Shown here: positions 62,106-64,000 of the stretch, one piece after another
Layout of the letters: every line of letters starts with the position of its first letter
How positions within the stretch are numbered: position 1 is the stretch's first letter
Assembly: GCA_002633005.1 (NCBI GenBank)
Contig: NMRA01000080.1
Location: 525,291-589,290, forward strand
DNA: 64,000 nucleotides
From: Phoronis australis
Lineage: Eukaryota; Animalia; Phoronida
Reading direction: 5' to 3'
Notes under the pieces: model-generated
Told to the model about the DNA's origin: nothing
Databases searched by the model: none
What the model saw: the letters and a program-made list of their open reading frames with translations, nothing else
Translations under genes and position numbers: made by a program

Positions 62106-64000
62106 GGACGTGGTGTCTCAGCAGACGAACTCTTCAAAACAGAATGTTCAAAATTAGCCTTTGAAAAAGGCGATTGTTTACGTTGTCACAATGATAATTT
62201 TAGTTACGTAATCTTTTAACAAAAGATTTTTATCACTTCAAACTTATATCGCGGTAATTCCTTCCAGCTATGTATATTACTCCAAACTGCGTCGTTTGCC
62301 CTGCTTATAGTTGTCGAAAAAAACTTAAGTCGAATGAGACTTTCTGCTCTCATAATATCAGTCTCAATCGTTAACTACGTACGTAAACCAACACTGCGTA
62401 GTCGCCAACCGACTAGTTGTCCGACGTCTTTCGTGAAAATGTCTCATAATTGCCGTGATAGCATTACATTTCCGTTGCCAACAACAACATCGAAACCAAC
62501 AGCGACTCAAGAGATGCCACTCAGAATGTATTGGGGTTGGCCAGCACTATGCAACTAAACCCGTGGCTTGAGTTGGTAACGGAAATAGACCCCTCTCACG
62601 ATAAGGACTGTTATGACACCGATTTTATGAAAGTAAATATATATTTAGGTTTTAGCCGCCTAAATAGCAGCTTTCAATAAACATTATTCGGGTAAAACAA
62701 TATACTCAGATACGTTCCTTCGCAGCGACCTCATGTGACCATAGTGGGTAATGATGTACCGAGGCATTTTTTCATAGTCGAAGAGAGTTCACGCAAGGGA
62801 GGTTCGTATATGTTATTGCGCTTATCGCGCTTGAACAGAGATAGACAGGTAAGTATAGACGCTCAATATACACTAGTACACGCGCGCCCTCTAGTAATGT
62901 AAAGATTGTCGAATAGCCCCATTGATAAATCAACTTTCACTTTCTGAACAAACGGAAGTGCTTCGTAAGTTGAGTAATTTGGATGAATTTTGTTACATAA
63001 AACCTCATACCATCCCCTTCAGAATTTTTTTTTAGCTTAAAAGATTACGTTGGACCCTGGAGCTCCGAAGCATTATATCTCAGAAAGTGGCTGATCGTAT
63101 TCAAATGAAAGTTTTAGATGCTACATTTAAGTTAATGTACAAAATCAATTTAGGAATTTTAAAATGATTCACTTTTGCAAGATGGTTATCTACAGAGTTA
63201 ATGAAAAATCAGAACTTGCGCACGACTAAAACGAAATGATTCTTTAGAAAACTGTATTACTGCATTTTAAGATTTCATCAGTATTTGAACATTTTATGCA
63301 GATCAAACGAAATTTGGTCGTGTTACTTATGCCTTTGTTTTGCTAGAGAATGCATTTTACTTTTACTTTTTTCTAAATTTTGTGAAAACGACTTGTTTGC
63401 TTGACCTAATTAAAAGCATCATCACTTGTGTTACGTGCACCCATTGTTGTAAGGGTTGAAGCTGTATTGTTCAATCTTGTCCTTTTTAATATGTTTGTTA
63501 ATATTTTCGTTGGACTAACGTAACACTGTATGATTTTGTATCCCTCGTTTATGATTCGATAGTCCATAAAACTACTACTACTACAGAGTGTTGATAAGAA
63601 CCTCTTTGACTTTCATTTACTTACCGTGAATAACTTGAACTAAAGAACTTTCCCGCAACTAGTAAATCCAGCTAACCACGTGTGAAGGATGTAAAATTAC
63701 ACGTATATTATCTTTATGCAGCTTTGTACTCGGATTATTTCTCGTGCATAACCTCAAGAGAAACGTCAGTCAACAATAAATATTATTCATCCACGGGCGG
63801 GATTTTGTTACGCGGTCACCACTCAATATTTTGTGCGCATTGTTACCAATTGATTAAGCTCACAGTCCATTGATTTCGTTCATACACTTATCGATGTTCT
63901 TAGATGTGGGGCAAAAAAATTCATGCTAAAACAATGAGATAGCCTGCTCTCCAACGTTATTTCGTATTTGCATGTATTTGTTTAAAAAGAATAAGATAAA

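Overview
Animal (invertebrate, AT-rich, probably lophotrochozoan/mollusc-like; inference) draft-assembly genomic DNA, not prokaryotic. By reading splice sites and intron phases by hand I can build four intron-containing genes: (1) the 3' three exons of a fibronectin-III-like repeat protein (14204-10429, -), whose 5' part is not visible; (2) a single-pass EGF-repeat membrane protein (29707-19857, -) with ~8.5 EGF domains, no DSL domain, a pair of paralogous exons that look mutually exclusive, and a cytoplasmic tail ending in a duplicated GYEGY motif; (3) a head-to-head, three-coding-exon multipass membrane protein gene (31590-36591, +); (4) the homeobox gene Mnx (HB9/exex; 56773-38665, -) with a 14-kb first intron. 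The rest is decayed transposons (Ty3/gypsy, two LINE types, several MITE-like families, tRNA-derived SINE heads), microsatellites, a GTGAGAA-motif array, and assembly joins marked by N. All gene models are manual and need transcript support.
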